Shown: piece after piece, positions 38,710 to 51,443 of the stretch
Layout of the letters: each line of letters opens with the position of its first letter
How positions within the stretch are numbered: the stretch's first letter is position 1
Assembly (NCBI RefSeq): GCF_001194135.2
Contig: NC_068981.1
Coordinates: 33,647,646-33,711,645, forward strand
Source of the DNA: Octopus bimaculoides
Taxonomy: Eukaryota
Length of the DNA stretch: 64,000 nucleotides
Direction of reading: 5' to 3'
The notes under the pieces: generated by a model
The model's database searches: none
What the model was told of the DNA's origin: nothing
Seen by the model: only the letters and a program-made list of their open reading frames with translations
Translations under genes and position numbers: made by a program

Positions 38710-38810
38710 AGTATGGAGGTCTCTCCGAATAATTATAAGAGTGATAAATCCCACTGAGATGAACATGGGCACCATACTAAACCATGCTAAAATATAACCA
38801 ATTAAATCTC
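38710..38810 (-). CDS. DOLPP1: DOLPP1 exon 2 (101 nt)
   Basis: Acceptor tatttgtttcag|G, donor ACT|gtaagt. (G)DLIGYILAWFSMVPMFISVGFITLIIIRRDLHT compared with vertebrate [34 protein letters not shown]. Exons 2-8 total 638 nt and splice into one open frame. Confidence 0.96.
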
Positions 38811-39006
38811 CTGAAACAAATAAAAAATTAAAAAATTACATTAGAGACATCAACATCTTAATTGAATTTATTTATCTTAATTGGAATTATATAGTGGTTC
38901 AACAACATAGGGACTAAAAGAAACAGTGCTGCTATTAGGATTGATTTGATTGTCTAAAATACCCTTCAAGGTAATGCCCTAGAATCAAGCTGCAGCTTGA
39001 TGATCA

Positions 39007-39305
39007 GAGTGGCTGTGTGGTAAGTAGCTTGCTTACCAACCACATGGTTCCGGGTTCAGTCCCACTGCGTGGCACCTTGGGCAAGTGTCTTCTACTAAAG
39101 CCTTGTGAGTGAATTTGGTAGACGAAAACTGAAAGAAGCCCATCGTATATATGTATATGTATATATATGTGTGTGTTTGTCCCCTCCAACATTGCTTGAC
39201 AACCGATGCTGGTGTGTTTACGTCCCCGTAACTTAGCGGTTCAGCAAAAGACCGATAGAATAAGTACTAGGCTTACAAAGATTAAGCCCTGGGGTCGATT
39301 TGCTC
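39007..39305 (+). mobile_element. SINE family A copy (runs into an N gap)
   Basis: Same sequence as 36100-36425. Confidence 0.85.
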
Positions 39306-40119
39306 NNNNNNNNNNNNNNNNNNNNNNNNNNNNNNNNNNNNNNNNNNNNNNNNNNNNNNNNNNNNNNNNNNNNNNNNNNNNNNNNNNNNNNNNNNNNNNN
39401 NNNNNNNNNNNNNNNNNNNNNNNNNNNNNNNNNNNNNNNNNNNNNNNNNNNNNNNNNNNNNNNNNNNNNNNNNNNNNNNNNNNNNNNNNNNNNNNNNNNN
39501 NNNNNNNNNNNNNNNNNNNNNNNNNNNNNNNNNNNNNNNNNNNNNNNNNNNNNNNNNNNNNNNNNGAAGTGAATCTAATGGGTTTTGTGTGTTATTTTAA
39601 ATGGTTTATAAACACCTTCCACGCTGCAATTGTTTTCGTTCCAGCACACAATCTCAGATCAGGTTACTTGCTATGCAAGTACATCTCCGTAATATATATA
39701 TATATATGTATATGTATTCTTTTATTTAATTACATCTAATCACCAAATTACATAATTTTGTGATGGTTATACATTTGAGAGCAGAAACTGAATCAAGTGA
39801 AAAGACGCCAGAGTTATGGTTGAAAGACTGATTGATGATCCCTATCATGTTCCCAGTACTGTGATGTGTTCCAGGTAAAGAGATGACATTCTTAAAGGTT
39901 CAGTCCCCCAGTTATTTCAGTTCCATCGAGACCTCTATTTGCAACAAAAAGGGGTTTTATAGACCAATGGGGGAGCTTCTACATGGTTGCCCAATCTGGA
40001 AGAAACAGCAGCCAATTCTTCTTCAAACCACACACTACTGTTTAAATATGAACAGACACATTGGGCAATGCAGTCCCTAACCAAAGATTTGTTCAATCAG
40101 GGTTCACCTGAGACTAAAC

Positions 40120-40240
40120 AACAAAATGTTTCTCTCTCCAAGTGAAAAGGCAAACTGTTTGAAGCAGGTGTAATGAGTGCAATACTGCATGATAGCAAAA
40201 TAGTGACACTAAATGCAAAAGATCTTCAGTTTGGAGAGCA
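40120..40240 (+). mobile_element. Possible decayed RTE fragment
   Basis: KLFEAGVMSAILHDSKIVTLNAKDL resembles the RTE L..A.V.S.LLYG.E.WTL motif. Confidence 0.35.
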
Positions 40241-40409
40241 AGGAATTGAATACGATACACTGGACACATAATATCAATTTGTATGAAAGGCAGAACACAA
40301 ATGTATTGAGACAACTGGGCATTAAAGGTATTAGCCAATATGTTGAAGAATAGAAGTGGCATTGATATAAATGTGCGATGCTATTTAAATGCTATCTGCT
40401 GGAAAGGGT

Positions 40410-40793
40410 GGAGGCGCAATGGCCCAGTGGTTAGGGCAGCCGACTCGCGGTCATAGGATCGCGGTTTCGATTCCCAGACCGAGCGTTGTGAGTGTTTATT
40501 GAGCGAAAACACCTAAAGCTCCACGAGGCTCCGGCAGGGGATGGTGGTGAACCTTACTGTACTCTTCCACCACAACTTTCTCTCACTCTTACTTCCTGTT
40601 TCTGTTGTGCCTGTAATTCAAAGGGTCAGCCTTGTCACACTGTGTCACGCTGAATATCCCCGAGAACTATGTTAAGGGTACACGTGTCTGTGGAGTGCTC
40701 AGCCACTTGCATGTTAATTTCACAAGCAAGTTGTTCTGTTGATCGGATCAACTGGAACCCTCGATGTCATAAGCGACGGAGTGCCAACGACAA
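40410..40793 (+). mobile_element. tRNA-derived SINE family C, full length with target-site duplication
   Basis: A-box TGGCCCAGTGG and B-box GGTTTCGATTCC. Flanking direct repeat GCTGGAAAGG at 40398-40407 and 40796-40805. Confidence 0.88.
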
Positions 40794-41659
40794 TAGCTGG
40801 AAAGGAAAATGTTGTATGCTGATAGTTGATGGTGAAAAGTACACATGGCAAAGTAAGGTTGAGAAAAATGAGGAAAAAATTGACAAGATACATCTCAGAA
40901 TATTAGGCCTTACTCATTGAATGACATAGCAAAACCAAGAGGAGTAGTGATAGGATGTACTGCAGACTCTCATACAACTTGTACCAGCATGGAAAAACAC
41001 ATTTTAAAATAATAATAATAAAGATGATGATAATGAAGTGAAGTGTAGTATAAGAAGAAACAGATATCAACATACAAAAGACAGAGTATGGTCAGAGCAG
41101 ATCTAGCAGATACAATAATTTGTTCTAATTAATGTAGCTAATGTTTACTTATGAATTGTAATCTGTCTGTGACTGCAAGGAAAACAGTAGCAAAGAATGT
41201 TGTTATGAAGGAGAAGGATTGGAAAATTAACAACAGCATTGTCATCGTCATTTTGAGGTCTATTTTTCCATGTTGAAAATAACAAATAAACAGTCATCAT
41301 TTACTTCCAGATAAACTCAAATTCAACAAATCTAATGATCAAAAGCATTCTAGCCCTAATTATCCCATCATATTTCCAGGCATAGTGTATCAAAGAATAC
41401 ACTAACCAACATCACCATCATCATCATAATGTCCACTTGTCCATGCTTGCATGAGTTGCATGAAGGTTAATGAGGTAGATTCTTTTTACAGCCAGATGCC
41501 CTTCCTCTTGCCAACCCTAACCTGTTCTGAAGCAAGGTAATATTTCCCCACAGCTAGACATGTTTCTGCAGAATGTTGAAAATGAATGATATTCATTTAC
41601 AGCAATCATGCAAAGTCAGGACTAAATGATACAAACACTCTCTCTTTCTCTTTCTCTTT

Positions 41660-41737
41660 CTCTTTCTCTCTTTCACTCACTCTTTCACTCACTCTTTCAC
41701 TCACTCTTTCACTCACTCTTTCACTCACTCTTTCACT
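41660..41737. repeat. 12-bp minisatellite (CTTTCACTCACT)n running into an N gap
   Basis: Direct tandem units are visible. Confidence 0.9.
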
Positions 41738-41800
41738 NNNNNNNNNNNNNNNNNNNNNNNNNNNNNGCTGATGATTATACCATGAACTTATTTCAGTTTC

Positions 41801-42030
41801 TTATTTCTTTATTGCCCACAAGGGGCTAAACATAGAGGGGACAAACAAGGACAGACAAAGGGATTAAGTCAATTACATCGACCCCCAGTGTGTAACTGGT
41901 ACTTAATTTATCGACCCTGAAAGGATGAAAGGCAAAGTCGACCTCGGCGGAATTTGAACTCAGAAAGACAGACAAAACACCGCTAAGCATTTCGCCCGGC
42001 GTGCTAACGTTTCTGCCAGCTCACCGCCTT
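41801..42030 (-). mobile_element. SINE family D copy abutting a family A remnant
   Basis: Head aaggcggtgagctggcagaaacgttagcac, core ttcaaattccgccgaggtcgactttgcctttcatcc. Related copies at 23497-24000 and 31090-31630. Confidence 0.8.
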
Positions 42031-42929
42031 CTTTCAGTTTCTGCCTACCAAATCCACTCACAAGGCTTTCGTCAGTCTGGAGTGGAACTGAATCTGAAAC
42101 CATGTGGTTGGGAAGCAAATTTCTTAACCATAGTCACACTTGCACTTACCAATATGACTTTAATTTTTTTTTTTTTAATTATAGAAAATATGATCTTAGA
42201 GAGACTTAGCTATTATTTCTAGTAGACTCAGAGACCACATAGAGGCTACCTCCCTGGTTCATATGACAAATAAGATTAGCTGGTAGCAGTGATGTTGGAT
42301 GGAGGATTGCTGATGATGGAAGTGCCAATGGCTAATGACAATGATGATGATGGTTCTTAAATACATTTTTGCAAATAGATTTTTAAGTTTATAAATGATG
42401 TATTTAAAACAACTGGCTATCAATCAATCAACAATAAGAGGATTTTTTTTAGACAATTTCAATTGCATGTGGAAACAATAAACAAAAAATAATCTTTCAC
42501 ATGCAACTGTCAACAGAGAATATTTCAGTCTTTTCTGAGTATTCAATTTTTAGACCATTATTCAGATAATACACTTAACAACCATCACCTATGTCTGTAT
42601 AATTATACCCATAAACAGCTATATTATACACGTGTGTGTGTATATATGTCAATTTACGAGACAAAAAATAGGCATTTCATAACCTGAAGTGCAGTTTCAT
42701 TCATTCATTTGATCAATCATGCCAATGGATTTGAAAAATGAGAGAGAGAGAGTGTGTGTGTAGAGAGGGAAAGATAGAGAGATAGAGAGAGTGAAAGAGA
42801 GAGTGAAAGTGTGTGTGTGTGGAGAGAGAGAGAATGAAAGGGAGAGTGTGGTAACAAACAACATGTGTGCAAGGTTATATATATATATATGAGAATATGT
42901 GTACACTGACAATTACGTATTGGCCAGTA

Positions 42930-43500
42930 TGTGTTCCTTTGTACAGGGTTGTCTGAGCATGACCTTTCCCGTAGAACTTATTTTCCCAGGTACATAGTTC
43001 AAGCCCATCAACTTGTTCTGTTTGATGCATACTTCTGTAACCTTTTAACATGCCTTTAATATGGTGTCTATCACTTCAATTTTCAAAGTGTCAGTTACCA
43101 TGATGGTGATGTTGTGCATACATACAAATATGATTACTGTGTTAGAGAACATGAAGTGCAGGTTGCCCCTTAAAAACAGCAAACCTCAAGCATCAACACA
43201 TACAGGAAAGAGAAGCGGGTACAAACTGAGCATGGAATGCAAAATGGTTCCACAAGGCAGCTGTTTAGTTGGACCACATTGCCGTACATTATACTGATCC
43301 AATCTCTGAAGATGAGATTGATACTGAGAGCACTTAAGACAACTATCATGTAGTGATGCTTAACTGTATCAAAAGCTTTAGTTTCATCACAGTTTATCAG
43401 TGCCCCATTGAAGCCAGATCTTTTTTTCCAACCCACTCTATACTGTACTGCATGAGGAAGTTGGCATGGATAGGTCAGTCGGGGATCACACAAGGTTGCA
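42930..43500 (-). mobile_element. Decayed L1/Tx1-clade reverse transcriptase fragment
   Basis: GALINCDETKAFDTVKHHY..VLSAL..FRDWISIMY..VQLNSCLVEPF...LYVL compared with L1-type GALINLDQSKAFDRVDH..WI..LY..VNG.LSEPF. It continues, frameshifted, towards the YADD region. Confidence 0.8.
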
Positions 43501-43824
43501 TATCTGACTATATTACTGATAACAAACACTAATCTTTTGGCAAGTGTTTTAAAGGAGCTTGCTGAGCAGAACTATGTAACTGAAGTTGTTTATCATGTTC
43601 CCTTTGTTCAGGTCTTTCCTTAGTAGTGTCATCACTTCTCAGCTCATACTACAGGTAATGCTCCCGGTCTGTTGCCAAAAAGGTAATGATAAATTTTGTA
43701 GGGTATTCCATCCAGTCTTGACTTGCTCTTCATACAATAGCTCAACTTGTCTGTCATTTTGCCTGTTGAAACTGACTTTTTACAGCACTCTGCATTATCA
43801 GTCAACTACACCAGTGAATGGCAC

Positions 43825-44148
43825 ATGGCTCAGCAGTTAGAGCATTGGGCTCACAATCATGAGGCTGTAGGTTTGATTTCCAGACTGGGCTGTGTTGTGT
43901 TCTTGAGCAAGACACCTTATTTCACATTGCTCCAGTTCACTCAGCTGTAGAAATGAGTTGCAGTGTCACGGGTGTGAAGCTGCATCAGACTTTGCCTTTC
44001 CTTCAGATAACATCAGTGGCATGGAGAAGGGAGGCTGGTATACATGGGTGACTGCTGGTCTTCCATAAACAACCTTGCCTGGACTTGTGCCTAGGAGGAG
44101 AATTTTCTAGGTGCAATCCCATGGTCATTCATGACCGAAGGGGGCCTT
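43825..44148 (+). mobile_element. SINE family E, full-length copy
   Basis: tRNA-like head (tggctcagcagttagagc...ggtttgatttcc); reverse complement of 13060-13365. Confidence 0.8.
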
Positions 44149-45687
44149 TACACCAGTATTAGTGTCACAATTAGAAATAGATCATGGAAAACAAGATGCA
44201 CTTCTCAGAAGCTAAAAGACAGAAGGAAAGTAACTGACTCCCAATAGAAGTCAAGTACATTTAATATAATAAAAGAAGACAGACTTCTAGCAATTCAAGA
44301 TTTCAGTCTGATATATTTTAATCCCCCAGTTTAAGCTATTTGATTTGTCCCCAAAGCTCTTTCTATTTCAAACTCAATAAGAACTAATCATCAATTGAGG
44401 TATACATCTATTTACAATATTTGTATGAGACATAATGAAAATAGTGAAAATAACAAATACCTAATACAGCCATTTATTAGAACTATTGATTTCATATAAC
44501 CATATATGTAGGAGATGGTTATAGGAAACTGATTTGACTGCAGTAAATTCTGGTACTCATCATCATTGTACATCTGTTTTCCCATTTTGGCAGGAGTTGA
44601 TAAGTCTCACAGCGTTTTGTCACTTTGTTGCAGTTTTTGTTATATAACATACACAACAGAGAAAAGCCTGTTGCTGCAAATGTCATGTTATTTTGGCACA
44701 GATTTTAAAACTGGACATCCTACGTATCACTAACTGCTTTACATCATGAATTGGGTGCATTTTGTCACGTCACTGACACCAGAGAGATTGTCACTAACAG
44801 AACTAAAGATGCTTGTCTACCCATTGTTGTTTCTGCTCATTCCTTCCTTTCTGGTGAGGTTTCAACAACTGGACGCCTTTCTTGATGCCAACCATTTTAC
44901 AGTGTGGACTTTGTGTATACAACCATGCTGCTAGCAATAAAAAGATTGTCACCAGTATAACTAAAATGTCCTCTCTATCCTATGTTGTTTCTGCTTCTTC
45001 CTTCCATTTTGGTGAGGTTTCAATAACTAAATGCCTTTTCTGACACCATCTATTTTTCAGGATGGACTGGGTATATTTTACAGTGTCCACTGGTTCTGTA
45101 ACTGAGAATGAAGCAAAGTTGACCCGTGAGAGTTAAACTCAGATCAATGAACAAACTAAATCAATTGCAGAATATTATTCACGAAGGGATACATTTAATC
45201 AATCCTAGAGTCAGACAAAAAAAGGAAGTTACTTCACTTGCACAGCCACCAAATGGCATTTAAATCCAGAACAATGAGATACCAAACTAGATATAGCTCT
45301 GTTGTCTCGAGCTTGAGCAAATCCCATTGGCCTTCCATTCAACAGAAAACTGAAGCTTTGTATCTCTCTTGTCAGATTACACAGTAGCATCTTTTACTAG
45401 TATTTGTGTCCAATGAATGCATACTGTTCTATAATAGCATGCATTCAATGTCTTTATTATTATTTTTACCTAAATCTTAATTCAAACATATCTTTTTAAT
45501 GAAAGTGTTAAACATTTCAGCTAATTGTAGCTTCTCTTTTAAAACTTACTGCTACATATAGAACATCGTCAAGAGTCATGTGACTTCAATAGTAAAAAAA
45601 AGTGAGAGAGATGAAGGAGCGGGGATAGCCTTTTACCATGGGTTTCATGGATGACCCAGGCCAAGCAGCAGCAACCATAACTAAATC

Positions 45688-45896
45688 ACTCTTTTACTTG
45701 TTTCAGTCATATGAATGTGGCCATACTGGAGCACCGCCTTTAGTCGAGCAAATCGACCCCAGGACTTATTCTTTGTAAGCCTAGTACTTATTCTATTGAT
45801 CTCTTTTACCGAACTGCTAAGTTACAGGGATGTAAATACACCAGCATCGGTTGTCAAGCTATGTTGGGGGACAAACACAGACACACAAACATACAT

Positions 45897-45933
<37 letters not shown>

Positions 45934-46100
45934 CGATGGGCTTCTTTCAGTTTCCGTCTACCAAATCCACTCACATGGTTTTGGTCGGCCCGAGGCTATA
46001 GTAGAAGACACTTGCCCAAGGTGCCACACACTGGGGCTGAACCCGGAACCATGTGGTTCGTTAGCAAGCTACTTACCACACAGCCACTCTCCTACGCCTA
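45688..46100 (-). mobile_element. SINE family A, full-length inverted copy
   Basis: Reverse complement of 36100-36494. Confidence 0.85.
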
Positions 46101-47039
46101 CTGATTATAATCCAATGAATAGCATTTGAATAAAATACTTTTCTAAATTCTTATAGTTTCTACTTACTATTATAAAACATAATTCAATGAAACTGATTGC
46201 TGAACTAAAAGTATATTTATTTTTTTACAAGGAACACCCACTCTACTATCATACAAGATTGCAAAGACAATGAAAAGGATTATTGTTATAAATAATCAAT
46301 ACTTCAATATATTACTGGTACTTATTTTACAAATCCTCGAGAGACAAATGGAATACACAACAAACAGATCTAAATTTAAAAAAGAAGAAAATGAACACAG
46401 AAAACTGTAAAACATCCAAACTAGAGTTTCAATGCCTTGGGATACTACACCACCCTCTGTTAATTCAATTAAGTGTCCCTGTGCTTATCATTCAAGTAGA
46501 GCAAGTGTTTCTAATTATTATTTTTTTTTTTACATTTGCAATGGTGGAGACAATCTAAAGTTGATTTTCTGCTGTAAAGGCAATAAAGATTTATATATCA
46601 TTTGATTTTTATTAATTAGATATATTTTCCAATATATTTACATTTTTTCCCATTAGTGTATATGCATGTATGTTATAGGATGGGACAACTAGAGCTTTCA
46701 GATTCATATCATCACAAACATATATACCACTCAACCACTTATTATTACTGGCATGACACAATCATGTTTTTCATGAAAACATTACACACACACACACTAA
46801 CATATCACATGTACTCTCACTCATACATGTTCCCCATGAACGTATGCATGTTGCCACCCAACTAATGCTTTTCTTTTCTTTTCTTTTTATTATATTATTA
46901 AATTTGCGATATGATTGGTTAATATGTTTTATATTCTAATATTGTACAAGGCTTAAAGCATCCAATCCAAAGATTTCAGAAATATCGATAATCCAAAACT
47001 GGATCAGGTCCAGAGAAGCTATAACAACATTTCCACACC

Positions 47040-47082
<43 letters not shown>

Positions 47083-48321
47083 TAACTGCCGTTATACTGA
47101 AACACAACCAGCCACATGCATTTAAAAGCAAACATGCTTAATGCTGGATATTGAAAGTCGCTGCTAAAGCATCTTACTGCTGAAACTGAGTTTATTGGTG
47201 GTTAAGAAGAAGAAGATGAAGAAGAAGAACAGCAAATAAGTGGTACACAGTCAGTTTTTAAGGTTGCTGTAGTCAGAAGTGCAATAATCGACAGACAGTG
47301 TGCAATAGAAATTGATTGCTATCGCACTCTATCTTGTCAATTCCTTTCATGGGTCTTTGAGTTAGATGAGCTGAAGGCTCCAATAGAAAATGAGTAATAG
47401 TTAATCATTAAATGGCTTTGATATGGCACAGATATTCTTTTTTAGCCTGTTTGATGATGTATATGAGCGATGATGGTGAACGTGGATGTAAATCAATGTA
47501 CTAAGAGGAATGTTGCTGTTCAAATGCTTTCTTTCTTTTTCTCTTATTCTTATTCTTTTTTTTTTGTCTTTTATATTAATGTTGTTGATTGTGTTGGATT
47601 TCTTTGCTTTGTTTTTTTTTCCTAACTGAAACTTGGCATCTCTACAGAGTCAACTTGCAGGGGAGGGGAAAAAAAAATTTTTTTTTAATAAAAAGATTCA
47701 AGTATCATCTTATCTTTCTTTTTTTTTTAAGGAGATGAAAATGAATAGAGGGTGGGGAGGGGGGAATAGAAAGAAAATTGAAGTGAAGAGATAGAATAGA
47801 ATGAATGATTGTTGTTAATAGTTAAAATGAAAGATGGGGAGAGAGGGGGGGGAGGATATATATTTAAAAAGAAGAAAATAGGACAGAAGAAAACGTAGAA
47901 GAGAAAGGAGTATCAATAAATAAATAAAATACAGATNNNNNNNNNNNNNNNNNNNNNNNNNNNNNNNNNNNNNNNNNNNNNNNNNNNNNNNNNNNNNNNN
48001 NNNNNNNNNNNNNNNNNNNNNNNNNNNNNNNNNNNNNNNNNNNNNNNNNNNNNNNNNNNNNNNNNNNNNNNNNNNNNNNNNNNNNNNNNNNNNNNNNNNN
48101 NNNNNNNNNNNNNNNNNNNNNNNNNNNNNNNNNNNNNNNNNNNNNNNNNNNNNNNNNNNNNNNNNNNNNNNNNNNNNNNNNNNNNNNNNNNNNNNNNNNN
48201 NNNNNNNNNNNNNNNNNNNNNNNNNNNNNNNNNNNNNNNNNNNNNNNNNNNNNNNNNNNNNNNNNNNNNNNNNNNNNNNNNNNNNNNNNNNNNNNNNNNN
48301 NNNNNNNNNNNNNNNNNNNNN

Positions 48322-48352
<31 letters not shown>

Positions 48353-48780
48353 CACACACACACACATTCACCCACACATATGGCCACATATACATATATG
48401 TATATAGACATACATATATGCACAGACATGTTTATAAAGACATACGATGTGTGTGTGTGTGCCTGTGTGCACACAATGTAGGTAGCCATGTGGCTGCTCT
48501 AGAGCAAGAAACCTGTTCTGCTTTGGCCCCTTCTATCGTACTTTAACTCAGTACATGATGTAAAGCGGTTGGCGTTAAGAAAGGCATCCATCTAAAGAAA
48601 CCACGCAAAAGCCAGCACTGAAGCATGACAGTCTTCAAATGTGTCAAACTGTCTTTTCCATACTAGTATGGATCATGACTGTTAAATGATAATAATGGAA
48701 TACATGCACACACACACATAGATAAAGAATGACACACAAACACTATAGGTACATACTTACAGGTGTTTATGTATAGACAT

Positions 48781-49172
48781 ACTCTCTTTACTTGTTTTCA
48801 GTCATTTGACTGCAGCCATGCTGGAGCACCGCCTTTAGTCGAACAAATCAACCCCAGGACTTATTCTTTGGAAGACTAGTACTTACTCTATCGGTCTCTT
48901 TTGCCGAACCGCTACATTACGGGGACATAAACACACCAGAATCAGTTGTCAAGCGATGGTGGGGGGACAAACACAGACACACATACATATATATATAAAT
49001 ATATACATATATACGACGGGCTTCTTTCAGTTTCCGTCTACCAAATCCACTCACAAGGCTTTGGTTGGTCCAAGGCTATAGTAGAAGACACTTGCCCAAG
49101 GTGCCACACAGTGGGACTGAACCCGGAACCATGTGGTTGGTAAGTAAGCTATTTACCACACAGCCACTCCTG
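48781..49172 (-). mobile_element. SINE family A, full-length inverted copy
   Basis: Reverse complement of 36100-36494. Partial family A copies also lie near 11180-11330(-), 17520-17605(-), 18270-18500(+), 19550-19670(-), 22985-23340(+), 26370-26520(-), 61790-61985(-) and 63575-63730(+). Confidence 0.85.
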
Positions 49173-50078
49173 TGCATATATGTATGTACATAGATACATG
49201 TAGACACATACTGAAATACTCACAGACGTTGGTGTGGTATGAATGAAAAGTGAAGAAGTGTGCATATGGCAACAACAATGACCAGGGTTTGGTTCTGGTG
49301 CACATCATCTTGGGCAAATGTCATTTCCTATAGTCTTGGGTTGACCCATACCTTGTAAGTGAAATTGGATGGATGGGAGTTTATAGAAGCCCATCAAATT
49401 CAAGAATACAGCCTTGTCACACTGTGTCACACAGATCATCATCATCATCACCATCATTCTGCCTGAGAATTACATTATGCATACAAATGTCTGCAATACC
49501 ATCTGCCACTTACATACAAATTCAATAAGCAGGTAATGTGGTTAACCAAATGACTGAATCCTCATTGTCAAAACAGATAAATATCTTTCTATATATCCAT
49601 TTGTTTTGCCATATATTCGCCAGCTTTTCCATGCTTGCATGAGTTAAACAAATATATCATTGAGGTATTGTTTTACAGCTGGATGCCCTTCTAGTTGCTA
49701 ACCATTACCCATTTTTCAAGCAAGGAATATTATTATATCCCACATCTTCAAAAAGGCACAAAGCTGGGCAACAATGCATTGACAGACAAATGACAGCAAT
49801 GTGAGTACAAATAGTTTGGTTATTTTTGGAGGAACACAAGTGTGAATGAAAAGATAGACAAACATGCACACACACATCCAATATATCCAGTGGGATTCTT
49901 TCAAACCCACTCATAAGACGCTGCTTGGTTATAGAAGTAAGTTGTCCATGGTGTCATACAATGGGACTGATTCCAAAGCCATAAGGTTAAGAAGTGAACT
50001 TCATAACCACACAGCCAAGCTTGCATCCAGATCCATACACACATATATCCAAAGCTACATGTACATAAACAGCTGGTT

Positions 50079-50477
50079 GTTGTTGTTGTTGTTGTTGTTG
50101 GCACTCCGTCGCTTATGACGTCGAGGGTTCTAGTTGATCCGATCAACGGAACAGCCTGCTCATGAAATTAACGTGCAAGTGGCTGAGCACTCCACAGACA
50201 CATGTACCCTTAACGTAGTTCTTGGGGATATTCAGCGTGACACAGAGCGTGACAAGGCTGACCCTTTGAATTACAGGCACAACAGAAACAGGAAGAAAGA
50301 GTGAAAGAAAGTTGTGGTGAAAGAGTACAGCAGGGTTCGCCACCATCCCCTGCCGGAGCCTCGTGGAGCTTTAGGTGTTTTCGCTCAATAAACACTCACA
50401 ACGCCTGGTCTGGGAATCGAAACCGCGATCCTATGACCGCGAGTCTGCTGCCCTAACCACTGGGCCATTGCACCTCC
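50079..50477 (-). mobile_element. tRNA-derived SINE family C, inverted copy with target-site duplication
   Basis: Reverse complement of 40410-40793 with a (CAA)n tail. Direct repeat AACAGCTGGTT at 50068-50078 and 50479-50489. Confidence 0.88.
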
Positions 50478-51358
50478 CAACAGCTGGTTATTACAAAAAT
50501 ACTATTGTTTCACTTATGAGTTCATGTGGCAAATATGTACACTACTTTTGTAACAATCAACTATTATTTTTAAAATATTTACACAGATATGTTGCCTTTA
50601 AGGTATTGAGTTGTTTAGAGATATTCTTATAAATAGCAATGTACATATTACAATCTCCTCAACATACATATACAATCATGCTAAACACACACACACACAC
50701 ATACATATATGTAGGTATGTAGGGAGGTAGGTAGAAAAATAGATGGACAAATAGATAGATATCACTTTCTAAAATACAATTGACATAATAAACAAAAAAA
50801 TGTAAAAATTTAAACAAAACATGTACAATAATATAACATGACAAGTAAAAATGCTTAATTTTTCTTTCATTTCTTAATCTTTAAGGAATGGTTTTTATCA
50901 TGAGGCTTTTAACAACACAAATGTAGTTGTAATTATGTAAAGATAGACAGACACAGGAAGGGAGAGAGGGTAAGTGGTGTGCGTGCACGTGTGTGTATAT
51001 ATGTATGAGAGAGAGAGAGAGAGAAATCAACAGCAATCAACTTTATAGCATAACATGGAATCTGAATAGGTAAAGGTTTAAAAGCTAGCAAAGATCTTAA
51101 TGGAAATATTGCTGTTAAATTATGTTCCTGATTTCTTTTTTTTTTTTTATATATATATATAAAAAGAAAGATATAGAGACAGAGTGAGAGAAAAAGAGAG
51201 AGAACAGGTTGAGGTGGTCTAGTAGCTCAAAGGTTAAAGTTAAAAAACAAATCAACTGAATGTTCATGGATTTATCTTTGACATAGGAAACACATTCTTT
51301 TATATAGTTTGCTCATCCATGAGTGCATGTATACGTGTATGTGTGTGTATGTGTGTAC

Positions 51359-51443
<85 letters not shown>

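Larger units (their letters stand above)
759..48320. other. Assembly gaps (N runs): 759-1430, 5130-5229, 14931-15130, 22402-22411, 23735-23928, 27169-27178, 39306-39565, 41738-41766, 47937-48320
   Basis: Read directly. Most gaps abut microsatellites or SINEs. Confidence 0.99.

Noticed and set aside
40410-40480. tRNA-like sequences (also 25952-26006, 43825-43895, 62385-62440)
   Set aside because: They are SINE heads continuing into SINE bodies, with no intact acceptor stem; not called as tRNA genes.
44800-45070. Two diverged ~110-bp direct repeats
   Set aside because: They look like old fragments of family B-related repeats, with no evidence of function.
45546-45600. Minus-strand donor (GCA|gtaagt) considered as DOLPP1 exon 1
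   Set aside because: The open frame (SHMTLDDVLYVA) ends in phase 0 and lacks the THVEYP-like motif; exon 2 needs phase 1.
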